Counted from the first letter of the stretch, positions 1-10,756 are shown. The stretch: DNA of 64,000 nucleotides from Candidatus Poribacteria bacterium (GCA_965222225.1 CBDCTK010000002.1:5280001-5344000), one strand, 5' to 3'. Program-made: numbers and translations. Notes: generated by a model not told the origin, from the letters alone.

Positions 1-1062
1 ATAGCGTGGGTGGATTCGGGCGGAATACTGCGAGTGGGTCCTCAGAGCGCAGGGGCTGACCCCGGTCCCGTCTGTTACGGCAAAGGTGGGCAAGAGCCGA
101 CCATCACGGACGCCAATTTAGTGTTGGGACGTTTAAATCCGAGCTACTTCTTGGGCGGCGAAATCGAGTTGGAGGTTGAGGCGGCCAGAAAAGCAGTCTA
201 CGAGAAGTGCGCGCAGCCATTGGGCATGGGAATTGTCGAAACCGCGCACGGCATCGTGGAAATTGCCAATGCCGCTATGACCAACGCGCTGCGCCTTGTT
301 TCGGTGCAACGGGGATATGACCCCAGAGATTTCGTCTTGGTGGCGTTTGGCGGGGCGGGGCCCGTGCATGCCAACCGATTGGCGATTGAAGTCCAGATAC
401 CGAAAACCATCATTCCAATGAGCCCCGGCACCACGTCAGCCATGGGATTGCTAGTCACCGACCTCAAACACGACTACTCTAAGACGCTCATCCAGCGTGT
501 TGACCAAGCGGACGCGGAAATGGTCGCGAAAATCTACCGCGAGTTGGAGGTGGATGGGCGGGCGAACCTTGAGCGCGAGGGAATGAATTCGGAGGAAATT
601 ACCTTCATGCACCAAGTTGACATGCGATATGTCGGGCAAAGTTACGAGCTCACCATCCCTCTACCTGACGGAAAATTGAGTGCGGCTGAAATTGAAGGTG
701 TTCTTTCCCGGTTCCATCGTGAACATCACCGGGCTTACGGCTACAGCGCATCGAACGAGCCGGTCGAGTTTGTAAATCTCCGTCTCTCCGCCATCGGAAC
801 AATCAACAAACCCCAACTACGCGAGATTGGCGCAGGCGACAGTCCTTTATCAGCCGCGCAGAAGGCTATCCGATCCGTGTATTTTGCTGAGCGTGAGTGT
901 TTCGTTGAATGTCCAATCTATGACCGCTACCGCCTCTCTGCCGGATTTGTGTTGGAAGGACCCGCTATCGTTGAGGAGATAGACGCCACCACGGTCATTC
1001 ACCCGGGATATCAGGCTCTGGTTGATGGGTTTGGCAACTTGATTCTGACTAAAACTTCCTAA
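1..1062 (+). CDS. Hydantoinase A / 5-oxoprolinase family protein, C-terminal part (N-terminus outside window)
   Basis: Motifs VGPQSAGADPGPVCYG, PTITDANLVLG, FGGAGPVHA, DMRYVGQSYEL and GPAIVEE..TTVI are typical of Hydantoinase_A. Confidence 0.93.
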   Translation: MAWVDSGGILRVGPQSAGADPGPVCYGKGGQEPTITDANLVLGRLNPSYFLGGEIELEVEAARKAVYEKCAQPLGMGIVETAHGIVEIANAAMTNALRLVSVQRGYDPRDFVLVAFGGAGPVHANRLAIEVQIPKTIIPMSPGTTSAMGLLVTDLKHDYSKTLIQRVDQADAEMVAKIYRELEVDGRANLEREGMNSEEITFMHQVDMRYVGQSYELTIPLPDGKLSAAEIEGVLSRFHREHHRAYGYSASNEPVEFVNLRLSAIGTINKPQLREIGAGDSPLSAAQKAIRSVYFAERECFVECPIYDRYRLSAGFVLEGPAIVEEIDATTVIHPGYQALVDGFGNLILTKTS

Positions 1063-1064
1063 CT

Positions 1065-1101
1065 TGTAGGCTGGGTTGAACACAGTGAAACCCAACCTAC
1101 A
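1065..1101 (+). repeat. GTAG-type REP-like palindrome
   Basis: TGTAGGCTGGGTTGAACACAGTGAAACCCAACCTACA, an imperfect hairpin just after the stop codon. Confidence 0.7.
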
Positions 1102-1213
1102 AGCGCTAATCTAGACATCTTCAGTTTCGACTGACACCGTAGGCAATAACAATCTTTATTCCCTAAATTGGTGTTACTCCTTCGTCTTTGTCCCTTTCTA
1201 TGAAGCAGGCAGG

Positions 1214-1348
1214 CCTCTAAAAGCCCCAGAGGGGCGGAAGGTGTATAGAAACGTCCAAACCTCACGCACTCAAGCCCCAGCGGGGCGACAGGAAATAGCA
1301 ACTTGAATGCCCAAGAATGGCTTTGTCACCTAATATTCAAACAGGATC
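1214..1348 (+). repeat. REP doublet / MITE remnant; empty homolog of 52963-53196
   Basis: CCTCTAAAAGCCCCAGAGGGGCGGAAGGTGTATAGAAACG...AAGCCCCAGCGGGGCGACAGG...AATGGCTTT...TTCAAACAGG aligns by eye with 52963-53196 once the cassettes are removed. Confidence 0.8.
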
Positions 1349-1357
1349 TGAGAATTC

Positions 1358-2116
1358 TTAATTTCTTAAAAAATCGTAGCGTCGAAAATACCCATTCTCA
1401 ATCGTCTCGTTTTCGGATGTTGTCTCGGCGCTTGCCCAATGACTCGCGTACCCACGCCGCCAGCGGTCCGATTCGTTACGATGGGACGTATGCAGCATCT
1501 TGCTATGGTGGAAAACCACCCCACCCTTCTTTACCTCCGCCAACACCTCTTTCGACAAGTCAATCAGGTCGGGTGGGGGCACCAAGTTATGCCAATGCTC
1601 CGAATCCGGCACCTCATGGGGTATTACCGGCCCCTTATGCGAGCCCTCGATATAGCGCAAACAACCGTTAGCTGCATCGGAATCGTCCATTGCTACCCAC
1701 ACGGTAATGACATGATCTGCCGGATGGCATTTGAAATAAAAGTTATCCTGATGGTACGGTTTGGCGGTGCCGAAGTGCGGCGGCTTCATAAAAACCTGAT
1801 CGCTGAACACCAGTGGTTCGACACCGATAAGATCTCTGATGATTACACGAAGCCGGGAGTCTAGCACGAAAGTTTGGAATGCGGCTCCCTTCTCGAACGG
1901 GTGATTGAGTTTGCGGGGCGCGATTCTACCATCTCCCGCGTAGTCGACGATGTGATGCGATGATTCACCTTGTTTAATCTCTTCGTCCGTCACCTCAAGT
2001 ACAAGTCGAGCGATCCGCTCTACTTCCTCAGGCGCGAACACCCCTTCGACGGCGACCCATCCCTTCTCCCAGTAGTGGCCATAAGTTTCTTGACTGATAT
2101 TCATGTCCGCCCCCAT
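1358..2116 (-). CDS. Phytanoyl-CoA dioxygenase (PhyH) family 2OG-Fe(II) oxygenase
   Basis: KPYHQD (HxD), NGCLRYIEGSH, HSKMLHTSHRNES..R. Confidence 0.92.
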   Translation of the reverse strand: MGADMNISQETYGHYWEKGWVAVEGVFAPEEVERIARLVLEVTDEEIKQGESSHHIVDYAGDGRIAPRKLNHPFEKGAAFQTFVLDSRLRVIIRDLIGVEPLVFSDQVFMKPPHFGTAKPYHQDNFYFKCHPADHVITVWVAMDDSDAANGCLRYIEGSHKGPVIPHEVPDSEHWHNLVPPPDLIDLSKEVLAEVKKGGVVFHHSKMLHTSHRNESDRWRRGYASHWASAETTSENETIENGYFRRYDFLRN

Positions 2117-2121
2117 TTACG

Positions 2122-3264
2122 TTAAACGTGCTGCCGATACACCCGTCCGCCTTTGACTACGGTGACGGGCACGAAACCCTGTCTACCGGTGCGCACCTCA
2201 CCACGCGAGTCTGCGAGCTGAAGTTCGCCCTCACGCAACTCGGATACCACGGCGTCCCCCCAAGCGCCAATCGCCAACGTCCCAATCTTATCGGGCATCA
2301 AGATTACCTCTGCCGGCACGGACGTGACCTTTGCAATGGCGTCATCAAGCCTGATGCCGAGATGGAGGAACTTGGTGACGACATTTGCCAGGTCATAAAC
2401 GGGACCCTTAACGTTGTAGGCGTGCAAATCCGAGGAAATGGTTTGTGGCTCAACACCTTGCACCATTGCACGCTCGGCAATATCCCACGAAAACGAGCCG
2501 GCGCCGTGACCAACATCAAATATCACGCCCCGCTCCATTGCTTCATGCACGGATCTCCGTACCTTCCCATCGTCATCCAAGATGCCGCACGCCCTATCAT
2601 GAAAACAGTGTGTCAGGACATCTCGTTCCTTCATGACAGCGAGAATGTCGTCAAGTGAATCGCACCATGCGTTTTGCGGGTGTATCATGATGGGCACCCC
2701 TGCCGCATCAGCCGCTTCGCGTGCCCGATACAGCGGCGTCAACCCCGACCGCTCACTGGCAATCTTGTTCCGAGTCAGCCGCGCCTTGACACCCAAGATG
2801 AGGTCGCGATGCTTCTCGATCATCTGGCACGCCTTGCTGACATTGGCGTATTCCGGCATCTCGAACTCGCCAATCTCCTCCGTCATCATCCCCTGCGACG
2901 AGACGTTGAGATAGGCGAAGACGCTCGTCTCACTTACCTCAATCACATACTTCCGAAAACCGGTGAAGTTATCAGCGCCCGCCGACCCGGCGTCAACGAC
3001 TGTGGTGGCGCCTTTTGCGAGGCAGGTGGGATCCGGTTCTATGCCGTAATGACCCACACCGTAGAATACATGAACGTGTAAATCAATCAACCCCGGCGTG
3101 ACAATCCGCTCGCTCGCATCCAGAACCTCGCGCGCCTCGCCCTTCGGCAGATCGTCACCGACGGCTGCAACGACGCCGTTGGCAAACGCCACGTCCCTCT
3201 TCGCGTGGACGCTTTGCGCGGAATCAACTAGCGTCCCGCCTTTGATGAGTAGGTCATAAGCCAT
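2122..3264 (-). CDS. Amidohydrolase / dihydroorotase-like metallohydrolase
   Basis: PGLIDLHVH, TTVVDAGSAG, FDVGHGAGSF, TISSDLH; start placed at MAYDLLIKGG after a GAGG RBS. Confidence 0.9.
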   Translation of the reverse strand: MAYDLLIKGGTLVDSAQSVHAKRDVAFANGVVAAVGDDLPKGEAREVLDASERIVTPGLIDLHVHVFYGVGHYGIEPDPTCLAKGATTVVDAGSAGADNFTGFRKYVIEVSETSVFAYLNVSSQGMMTEEIGEFEMPEYANVSKACQMIEKHRDLILGVKARLTRNKIASERSGLTPLYRAREAADAAGVPIMIHPQNAWCDSLDDILAVMKERDVLTHCFHDRACGILDDDGKVRRSVHEAMERGVIFDVGHGAGSFSWDIAERAMVQGVEPQTISSDLHAYNVKGPVYDLANVVTKFLHLGIRLDDAIAKVTSVPAEVILMPDKIGTLAIGAWGDAVVSELREGELQLADSRGEVRTGRQGFVPVTVVKGGRVYRQHV

Positions 3265-3608
3265 TGTTTGCCTCTGGATTCCTCCGGCAGGATAAACCAA
3301 TCTCGCTCGGGAGGAAACTCAATTTGGTGCGACAGATGCTGTTCATTTTCCTTGCGATTACTCTGGCGTAGATAAACTACACCCTCGCCATTATATGTGA
3401 AACCGAACATTCCGTCAATGACATTCTCTTGACGTGGCTGCACGATTGCCCTCATAGCTCCCAATATTTCGGTTGACGAAGACACGAAACACAGGTAAAA
3501 TAAAACGCTAGTTTTCTCCACATGGGTTATCGCTGCCCATAAGAAATCATCACTAAACAAATCTCGCTCGGTGAACAATACAGTACCATCTCAAGGAGAG
3601 CATTAGAC

Positions 3609-4283
3609 ATGCCGGACAACGCTACATTAAGGGAACGAATTCGCAACGGAGAAACCCTACAAGTTGGTGGCGCGCCCATGGATGCGACCAAAGACGAGCT
3701 TGCGGAAATCCTCAAGCAAGGCTCCTACGATATGATTGGGGTGTGTAGTCAACACGGCCCATTCGACGAAGAGAAGCTTTGGTCGTTCTGCAAAAATGCG
3801 CATGAACTGGGAATACCCGTTCAGCTACGTATCAAGCATCCCAAACACGCTTATCTCATCGGAAATTTGTGCGACTTGGGCCCCGCCGCCATTGTCATCC
3901 CGCAGGTTGATGAGGAGGCTGATGTCGATGACGCCATCCGCGCGTTTTACTACCCGCCGGTGGGGATCCGAAGTTTCCCGCCGCCTAACGGTTACGGCAG
4001 GGATAAGTATACCGGACGTGAGGATTATATTGAGTGGTGGAACGAGAACGGAATTCTAACTTTCCAGTTAGAATCGGTTGACGGTGTGGTTAACGCACGC
4101 AAACTTGCCAAGCCCGGCATCGCCATGCTGTATTTCGGCGCACAGGATTTGAGCATCAGTATCGCGACACATCCCAATTCACCGTTTTCAACTGTCGAGG
4201 AATGCAAGGCGTATGTACGGAAACAGATGGAGGGAACAGGTATTAAGGTTTCCAAAGCCGACGCCCCCGGCGGAGAGGTCTAA
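3609..4283 (+). CDS. HpcH/HpaI aldolase family protein
   Basis: QHGP, DLGPAAIVIPQV, YYPPVGIRS, QLES, FGAQDLS; AAGGAG RBS. Confidence 0.85.
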   Translation: MPDNATLRERIRNGETLQVGGAPMDATKDELAEILKQGSYDMIGVCSQHGPFDEEKLWSFCKNAHELGIPVQLRIKHPKHAYLIGNLCDLGPAAIVIPQVDEEADVDDAIRAFYYPPVGIRSFPPPNGYGRDKYTGREDYIEWWNENGILTFQLESVDGVVNARKLAKPGIAMLYFGAQDLSISIATHPNSPFSTVEECKAYVRKQMEGTGIKVSKADAPGGEV

Positions 4284-4342
4284 CGACGCTCCGTGTGTGA
4301 AGTGATTCGTGCGGACTCGATCAGCGGAAAAGGTAAATTTCT

Positions 4343-5194
4343 ATGTATAATCTCGATGGTAAAGTTGCACTGGTGACAGGCGCCGGTGGTGAACGTGGAA
4401 TTGGCCGCGCCATCGCGGTACGACTTGCGAAAGAGGGCGCCGATGTCATCGTCAACGACATCGTCAGTAATCCGTACGCGGATTGGGGCACAGCTTGGGA
4501 GGGGGCGCCCTCCGTCGTCCGCGAAATTGAAGAGATGGGGAGGAAATCTATCTGTATCTTGGCGGACGTTTCCAACGCGGGGCAGGTGGATGACATGGTG
4601 TCCCAAGCGGTTGGAGAACTCGGACGCATCGACATTCTTGTAACCAACGCCGGTTCTCGTCCGGGCCCGGATCGGGTGCCGGTGGTTGACCTGGAGGAGG
4701 AAGCTTGGGACACGGTTCATAACGTCAACCTCAAAGGCACATTTCTCTGTTGTCGAGCGGTTGCCCGCCACATGCTGGCGCGAGAGCCGGGAGGAAAGAT
4801 AATCACCATGGCGTCTGCGTCTGGGAAGCGCGGACACGCGCGTTTTGCCGCTTACTGTGCTGCCAAATTTGGGGTTGTCGGCTTTACCCAGGCGCTGGCA
4901 ATGGAATTGGCTTCACATCAAGTCAATGTCAATGCAATCTGTCCCGCCATTGTGGACACCGAGCGGTGGAGCTACATCGGAGCCGTGCTGTCGGGCGAGG
5001 ACATTACCGGCGAGGAGTTTCAGAAAACCGGACGCCATGCCGAGCAGATGCGAAGGAGTGGTTCGGGGATTCCTTGGGGGCGGGTTGCGGATGTCGACGA
5101 TGTCGCGCAGACCGCGGCATTCCTCGCTTCCGCCGAATCGGACTACCTAACGGGGCTCTCCATCAGCGTCGCAGGGGGCGCGGAGATGGATTGA
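4343..5194 (+). CDS. SDR family NAD(P)-dependent oxidoreductase
   Basis: TGAGGERGIG, NAG, YCAAK. Confidence 0.93.
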   Translation: MYNLDGKVALVTGAGGERGIGRAIAVRLAKEGADVIVNDIVSNPYADWGTAWEGAPSVVREIEEMGRKSICILADVSNAGQVDDMVSQAVGELGRIDILVTNAGSRPGPDRVPVVDLEEEAWDTVHNVNLKGTFLCCRAVARHMLAREPGGKIITMASASGKRGHARFAAYCAAKFGVVGFTQALAMELASHQVNVNAICPAIVDTERWSYIGAVLSGEDITGEEFQKTGRHAEQMRRSGSGIPWGRVADVDDVAQTAAFLASAESDYLTGLSISVAGGAEMD

Positions 5195-5225
5195 AATATT
5201 TGTTTATGCCGTTATCCTGTTCCAA

Positions 5226-5305
5226 AAGCGAGCGGATAGATCAACTGAGTGAATAGCGAAGGCGATAGAAGATCCGGATAAAAATCCCAGTGCGATAGAA
5301 ATTCC
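5226..5305 (+). repeat. Hypervariable GATCAA...ATCC cassette cluster (nested)
   Basis: Full copy at 5239-5275 inside an interrupted outer copy, plus an extra 3' remnant. Confidence 0.85.
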
Positions 5306-5626
5306 CTTGTCCCGCCGACTTTGCGCGGCGATAAGGCTTCTTACTCCGATCTATACAAGTGTCTTTACTTGACTCAAGCAATCAATGCATTATCGTTTTG
5401 GAGAAGCGGTATAACATACCGGAATAGCACGTTATGTGCGTTGTTTTCGATGGCATGAATAAAGACTGAGACACAGGTAAGCATTATTTGAAACTAAGTT
5501 TTGCGACAATACCGCTGCAAGGTGTGTGAACCCGCATTGCAGCGGTATTTCATTATATCCCTCACCACCTCGTATGATAATTGAATTGTGATTCACCGCA
5601 TCCGATTGAGACACTTGGAGAAGAAG

Positions 5627-6562
5627 ATGGAAACACACCGTTTTGAGCCGACCGTTTACTACACTGCTCTTGGCACATACGAACCCGTTCTCCGCATCGA
5701 AAGTGGTGATACCGTCGTAACCACGACCGTCGACAATAGCGGCCGTGATGCGGAAGATCAGGCAGTCACGCGAGGGGGAAATCCTCAGACGGGCCCATTT
5801 TATATTGAAGGCGCCGCGTACGGTGACACACTCGTTGTTCACTTCGATCGAGTCGTCCCCAACCGAAGAATTGGACGCACCGCAACCGTTATTGCGCCTA
5901 ATGTCCTGGATCCCTACTACGTCGCTGCCAACCTGCCAAAGAGCGGTGGCGCCGAATGGGAAATTGACGTAGATAAGTGGACGGCGACACTCATCTCCCC
6001 AAAGACAAGATTGGGTGAGTTTTGCCTTCCCCTTGAACCCATGGTGGGGTGTTTCGGTGTGGCAGCCCAAGACTGCCAAGCCATTTCAACCGCAACATCC
6101 GCGGAGCATGGAGGAAATATGGATTATCGTGGATTCTGCCAAGGCGCGACCGTATACCTCCCCGTGTTCGCCGAAGGGGCGCTTTTCTTTCTCGGCGACG
6201 GCCACGCTGTTCAGGGGGATGGCGAGATTGTTGGCACTGGTATTGAAGTCTCATTCGATGTCCAATTCACGGTCAATCTAATCAAAGGCAAGCACATTCA
6301 CTGGCCTCGAGGGGAGAATGAAGACTATATCTTTACCGCCGGGAACGCTCGTCCGCTAGATCAAGCCGTTCAACACGCAACCACCGAGATGGTTCGTTGG
6401 CTGATTGAACTCGGTCTGGAAGCCAACGAGCCGCATATCTTGCTCGGTCAATGTGTGGAATACGACGTGGGAAATGTGTTCGACCCTGCCTACACAATGA
6501 TTTGCAAGGTCAAGAAAAGCATCTTGCAAGATATTGGCCTCAACATTCAACCAGTGTTGTGA
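5627..6562 (+). CDS. Acetamidase/formamidase family protein
   Basis: NPQTGPFYIEGA, HGGNMD, GDGHAVQGDGEIVGTGIE; GGAG RBS before ATG 5627. Confidence 0.92.
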   Translation: METHRFEPTVYYTALGTYEPVLRIESGDTVVTTTVDNSGRDAEDQAVTRGGNPQTGPFYIEGAAYGDTLVVHFDRVVPNRRIGRTATVIAPNVLDPYYVAANLPKSGGAEWEIDVDKWTATLISPKTRLGEFCLPLEPMVGCFGVAAQDCQAISTATSAEHGGNMDYRGFCQGATVYLPVFAEGALFFLGDGHAVQGDGEIVGTGIEVSFDVQFTVNLIKGKHIHWPRGENEDYIFTAGNARPLDQAVQHATTEMVRWLIELGLEANEPHILLGQCVEYDVGNVFDPAYTMICKVKKSILQDIGLNIQPVL

Positions 6563-6610
6563 GAACCATTCACCGCGAGATCGAGTTAGTCGTCAGCACT
6601 CTAGTAGGGC

Positions 6611-6938
6611 GCGATAGAGATCCCCTGCACACCAGCCTTTGCCAAAACGACAGGAATACACTTCGTGACCCTCAAGTTAACTCAAGTTGCTACCTATTCC
6701 GGTAGGTTGGCCTTCCAGCCCGACCCACGATCAAACGAGCGAGTAGCGAGTAGCGAGTAGCGAGTGCGATAGAGATCTTCACAGGTTGTATGGCATAAGA
6801 AACCGCTAGATTTTGTACATTTGTAGGGTGGGCGCCGCCCAGCATTTCTTGTAGCGTGCGCACGACGATTAAATGAGCGAATAGCGAACAGGATTTCCTA
6901 TCGCCCTCCCTATCCGGTCGGTTGATCGATAGAAATCC
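6611..6938 (+). repeat. Intergenic mosaic of GTAG-REPs and hypervariable cassettes, including one inverted nested copy
   Basis: 3' fragment 6611-6623; copy 6729-6778; REP 6815-6841; outer copy 6867-6938 interrupted by a minus-strand copy 6891-6927. Confidence 0.85.
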
Positions 6939-7041
6939 CACCTGCCTTTGCCTTTCATTGTCTTAGTGGTTGATTGAAGGGATTCGGCATGCATTCGCAG
7001 TGGATTCTTGGGCGCAATGTGCACCAGATTTGGAGGTGAAT

Positions 7042-8466
7042 ATGATCGAACGTTGGGAAACTTATGAACTCACACTGGATGGACCACAGGGGGGTAATCC
7101 GTTCGTTGATGTTGAATTGACGGCGGAATTTAGACTCAATAACCGAGTTTTCAAGCCACACGGGTTTTACGACGGCGATGGGCTTTACAAAGTTCGATTC
7201 ATGCCAGATGAAGTTGGCGAATGGACTTACGCCACCACAAGTAACCGAGCCGAACTCAATGGAAAGACGGGGAGATTTACGTGCATTGGGCCATCCGAGG
7301 GAAATCACGGGCCTGTGAACGTCCATAACGATTTCTACTTTCGGTATGCCGACGGGACGCCGTATCATCAGTTTGGGACGACGTGCTACGCATGGACTCA
7401 TCAAGGCGACGCGATGGAGGAGCAGACACTCCAAACCCTCGCCGATGCACCGTTCAACAAACTGCGGATGTGCATCTTTCCGAAGGATTACGCCTACAAC
7501 GATAATGAGCCGGTTTATTATCCGTACGAGGGACAGCCGCTCACGGATTGGGATTTCACGCAATTCAACCCCGAGTTCTGGCGGCATTTTGAAGAGCGCG
7601 TCCGTGACCTTTTGCGCCTCGGTATCGAAGCAGATCTTATCCTGTTTCACACCTATGACCGGTGGAATTTCGAGAACATGGCCGCAAATAGCGATGATCG
7701 CTATATTCGTTACGCCGTCGCTCGGTTAGCGGCGTTCCGAAATGTGTGGTGGTCGTTGGCGAATGAATATGACATCATGCCTGCGAAAAAGGAATCTGAC
7801 TGGGACCGGTTTTTCCAGATTATCCGCGACCATGACCCCTATCAACGACTGCGTGGGATTCACAACTGTCGCCGCTGGTATGACCACAGCAAGCCGTGGG
7901 TGACGCACACGAGTCTTCAAACCGCCAATATGGCGCACGGTATCCGCTATCGCCGCCAATACAGGAAGCCGGTTATCTACGATGAGTGCCGCTACGAAGG
8001 AGATATTCCGCAGGGGTGGGGAAATATCTCCGCAAAGCAGATGGTACAGCACTTCTGGGCAGGCACTGTTTCCGGTTGCTATGTCGGTCATGGCGAGACT
8101 TACAAACATCCCGAAGATTTCCTATGGTGGGCAAAAGGTGGCGTGCTGCGCGGCGAAAGTCCCAAGCGAATTGCGTTCCTCAAATCGTTCATGGCGGAAG
8201 CTCCGGCGTTTGACGCGCTCGAACCGATTGGCGACGACAGTGGGCGATATGTTCTCGCCAAGCCGGGCGAATACTACCTCGTCTACGTAACCCAACCACA
8301 AACCCTTACGCTCGATCTGTCGGGGACTCGCCCATACAGAATTGATGGCGTGGACACATGGAACATGAAAGTCGAGCCGATCGGGACGGCACAGCCGGGG
8401 GAGTATAATCTTACTGCCTCTCACAGTGATTTTGCGTACCGCTTTACACCCTATGCGCCGGGTTAG
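7042..8466 (+). CDS. DUF5060 + DUF4038 (apiosidase-like) putative glycoside hydrolase
   Basis: GNPFVDVEL, GFYDGDGLYKVRFMPD, FGTTCYAW, WSLANEYD, DECRYEG; GGAGG RBS. Confidence 0.88.
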   Translation: MIERWETYELTLDGPQGGNPFVDVELTAEFRLNNRVFKPHGFYDGDGLYKVRFMPDEVGEWTYATTSNRAELNGKTGRFTCIGPSEGNHGPVNVHNDFYFRYADGTPYHQFGTTCYAWTHQGDAMEEQTLQTLADAPFNKLRMCIFPKDYAYNDNEPVYYPYEGQPLTDWDFTQFNPEFWRHFEERVRDLLRLGIEADLILFHTYDRWNFENMAANSDDRYIRYAVARLAAFRNVWWSLANEYDIMPAKKESDWDRFFQIIRDHDPYQRLRGIHNCRRWYDHSKPWVTHTSLQTANMAHGIRYRRQYRKPVIYDECRYEGDIPQGWGNISAKQMVQHFWAGTVSGCYVGHGETYKHPEDFLWWAKGGVLRGESPKRIAFLKSFMAEAPAFDALEPIGDDSGRYVLAKPGEYYLVYVTQPQTLTLDLSGTRPYRIDGVDTWNMKVEPIGTAQPGEYNLTASHSDFAYRFTPYAPG

Positions 8467-8766
8467 AGAGCCTGACCAAGCGGGGTCGACCAGCGAGCGT
8501 GCGTTCGTTGCTGTTTCACGCAAGAGGGGAAAACTGCGATTTAATGATTCGCAGATTGGCGTGGATAGACAGATCCACGCCATAACCGTACATATGCAGC
8601 GGATTTGGCAATCCACTGCGAGCGGTGATTGATTTAACTCACATTCTCCCGGTTTGCAACGTTCCGTATAAGCGGCAACTTGGGTTAACATTCAATCCAT
8701 AATATGTGTAAATGACTATAGATGCAATCCCTCAACTGCGTAAGCCCTAAAGGAATAAGACACCAC

Positions 8767-9585
8767 ATGATCAACTTACCAATTAACCCTGACGCGCGCC
8801 GATTGACCGAGGAAGAAAAGGAACAATTTCGCGCCTGGGGCTACATCAAGAACCTACCCGTTTTCGACAAACCTGCTATACCCGTGCTACAGCAACGCTT
8901 TAAGGAACTAGCCGCGATGTTGCCCGAAGATGTCCACATGAGTCGCGTGAATAATTGGCACAAGGCAAATCGGTATGTGTACAATTTGTGCCGAACCCCG
9001 ACAATCCTCGATTACGTTGAGGACCTGCTGGGCCCGAATTTCTTTCAGTGGGGAGCGCACTGCTTCGCAAAGTTCCCGCACGATGAGACGGTCGTCCCTT
9101 GGCATCAGGATTCACGCTATTGGCCATTGGAGCCGAAGATGACCGTGAGCGTGTGGCTTGCTCTATTCGACACGGACGAAACCAATGGCGCCATGCGCAT
9201 TGTACGGGGCAGCCACCTCTGGGAGCCTGTGGAGCACAACAGAGTAGCGAATGAAAACTACGTGCTCCATTTGGAGGCCGACCAAAAGGCAATCGATCAG
9301 GGCGAAGTGGTGACGCTGGACTTGAAAGCCGGCGAAATATCGCTGCACGACAACCGTCTACTGCACGGATCGGGTCCAAATAATTCGGATAGAATCCGAG
9401 CAGGTCAGACGATGCGATTCGCTCCGACCAACGTCAAATGCGACCTGAGCGCAGAAGGCTGGTCAACGTTTGAAAGCTATCTTGTGCGCGGCGTGGACGA
9501 ATACAACCATAACCCGGTTGGCAAAGTGCCGAGTTGGAATGGACACCCGGTCCGGGGTGGACAGGGTTCATCGGACTTCGCATAG
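8767..9585 (+). CDS. Phytanoyl-CoA dioxygenase (PhyH) family protein
   Basis: PWHQD, NGAMRIVRGSH, LLHGSGPNNSDRIR. Confidence 0.92.
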   Translation: MINLPINPDARRLTEEEKEQFRAWGYIKNLPVFDKPAIPVLQQRFKELAAMLPEDVHMSRVNNWHKANRYVYNLCRTPTILDYVEDLLGPNFFQWGAHCFAKFPHDETVVPWHQDSRYWPLEPKMTVSVWLALFDTDETNGAMRIVRGSHLWEPVEHNRVANENYVLHLEADQKAIDQGEVVTLDLKAGEISLHDNRLLHGSGPNNSDRIRAGQTMRFAPTNVKCDLSAEGWSTFESYLVRGVDEYNHNPVGKVPSWNGHPVRGGQGSSDFA

Positions 9586-9676
9586 TTTCTGCTATCGGGC
9601 ACATCTTGAACAATTCTCCGCCTTCAGTTATCTGAGGAGTTTATCTACAAAATATTTAGCATAGGGAGACGAAATT

Positions 9677-10756
9677 TTGGCTGAAACTCACAATTTTCAA
9701 GCAAGTTACCTTCACGCTGTTTCACGGCAGATATTCATGGCAGTCGAAACGCCGCGCCATATTGCCGAGACTGTTGCGGGCATCCTCGTCAACGCGAACC
9801 TCTCTGGACACGATTCGCACGGCGTGTTACGCATAACCTCGTATTTGGACATGATGGATAAGGACAGATTGCGTCCGAAGGTTGAGCCCGAAGTGGTCAA
9901 AGAAACCGACAACACCTTTGTCGTGAATGCCGGATTCGGATTCGGACACTACACCGCTCAGAAATCGATTGAGCTAGCCATTGACAAGGCAAAGCGTTTT
10001 AATATTGCCTGCGCCAGCCTCTATGATACCAGTCATATTGGACGATTGGGAGAATACGTCGAAGTAGCCGCACGCGCCGGATGCATCAGTATCGTTACCC
10101 TCGGCACCGGGCAGCGGGGCGCCTGGTCCGTCGTTCCTTTTGGCGGTGCAGTGGGAGGTTTGAGTACGAATCCGGTTGCTATCGGCTGCCCAACCGGTGA
10201 TGATTCACCGTTCGTTGCCGACATCGCCACCAGCGTGATTGCCGAAGGAAAGCTCCGTGTCGCCCGAAGTAAGGGGGAGAACGTGCCCGAAGGATATATT
10301 CTGGATAAGCACGGCAACCCGACTGTCAAAACAATGGACTTCTACGACGGCGGTTTTTTGCTGCCGTTCGGCGGTCACAAGGGCTATGCGCTATCATTGG
10401 TAACCTGCCTGCTGGGAGGATTGTCCGAAGAGTTCGACATTGAAAAAGGCAGAATGGGCGGCGTATTCATGCAGGTGATTAATGTCGAGGCTTTCACGCC
10501 TTTGGAAAAATATCAACAAGCTGTGCGGGCATTTCTCGACAACATGAAAGCGACGCCGCCGGCACCGGGTTTCAATGAAGTGCTGGTTCCGGGGGACTTT
10601 GAACATCGTTGCCGTGCTGAACGGCTGGTCAATGGCATTGATATTCCGGACACCATTCATCAGAAACTTCAGGAGCATGCGGCTGAGTTGAACATCTCTT
10701 TGGGCGGGGACATCGTTGAGCCGGGTGACATCGCGCGGTATCAGGTGAAGTCATAA
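9677..10756 (+). CDS. Ldh_2 family (malate/L-lactate/ureidoglycolate DH-like) oxidoreductase
   Basis: GHDSHG, SHIGRLGEY, STNPVAIG, DIATS, GGHKGYAL; TTG start with GGGAG RBS. Confidence 0.92.
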   Translation: MAETHNFQASYLHAVSRQIFMAVETPRHIAETVAGILVNANLSGHDSHGVLRITSYLDMMDKDRLRPKVEPEVVKETDNTFVVNAGFGFGHYTAQKSIELAIDKAKRFNIACASLYDTSHIGRLGEYVEVAARAGCISIVTLGTGQRGAWSVVPFGGAVGGLSTNPVAIGCPTGDDSPFVADIATSVIAEGKLRVARSKGENVPEGYILDKHGNPTVKTMDFYDGGFLLPFGGHKGYALSLVTCLLGGLSEEFDIEKGRMGGVFMQVINVEAFTPLEKYQQAVRAFLDNMKATPPAPGFNEVLVPGDFEHRCRAERLVNGIDIPDTIHQKLQEHAAELNISLGGDIVEPGDIARYQVKS

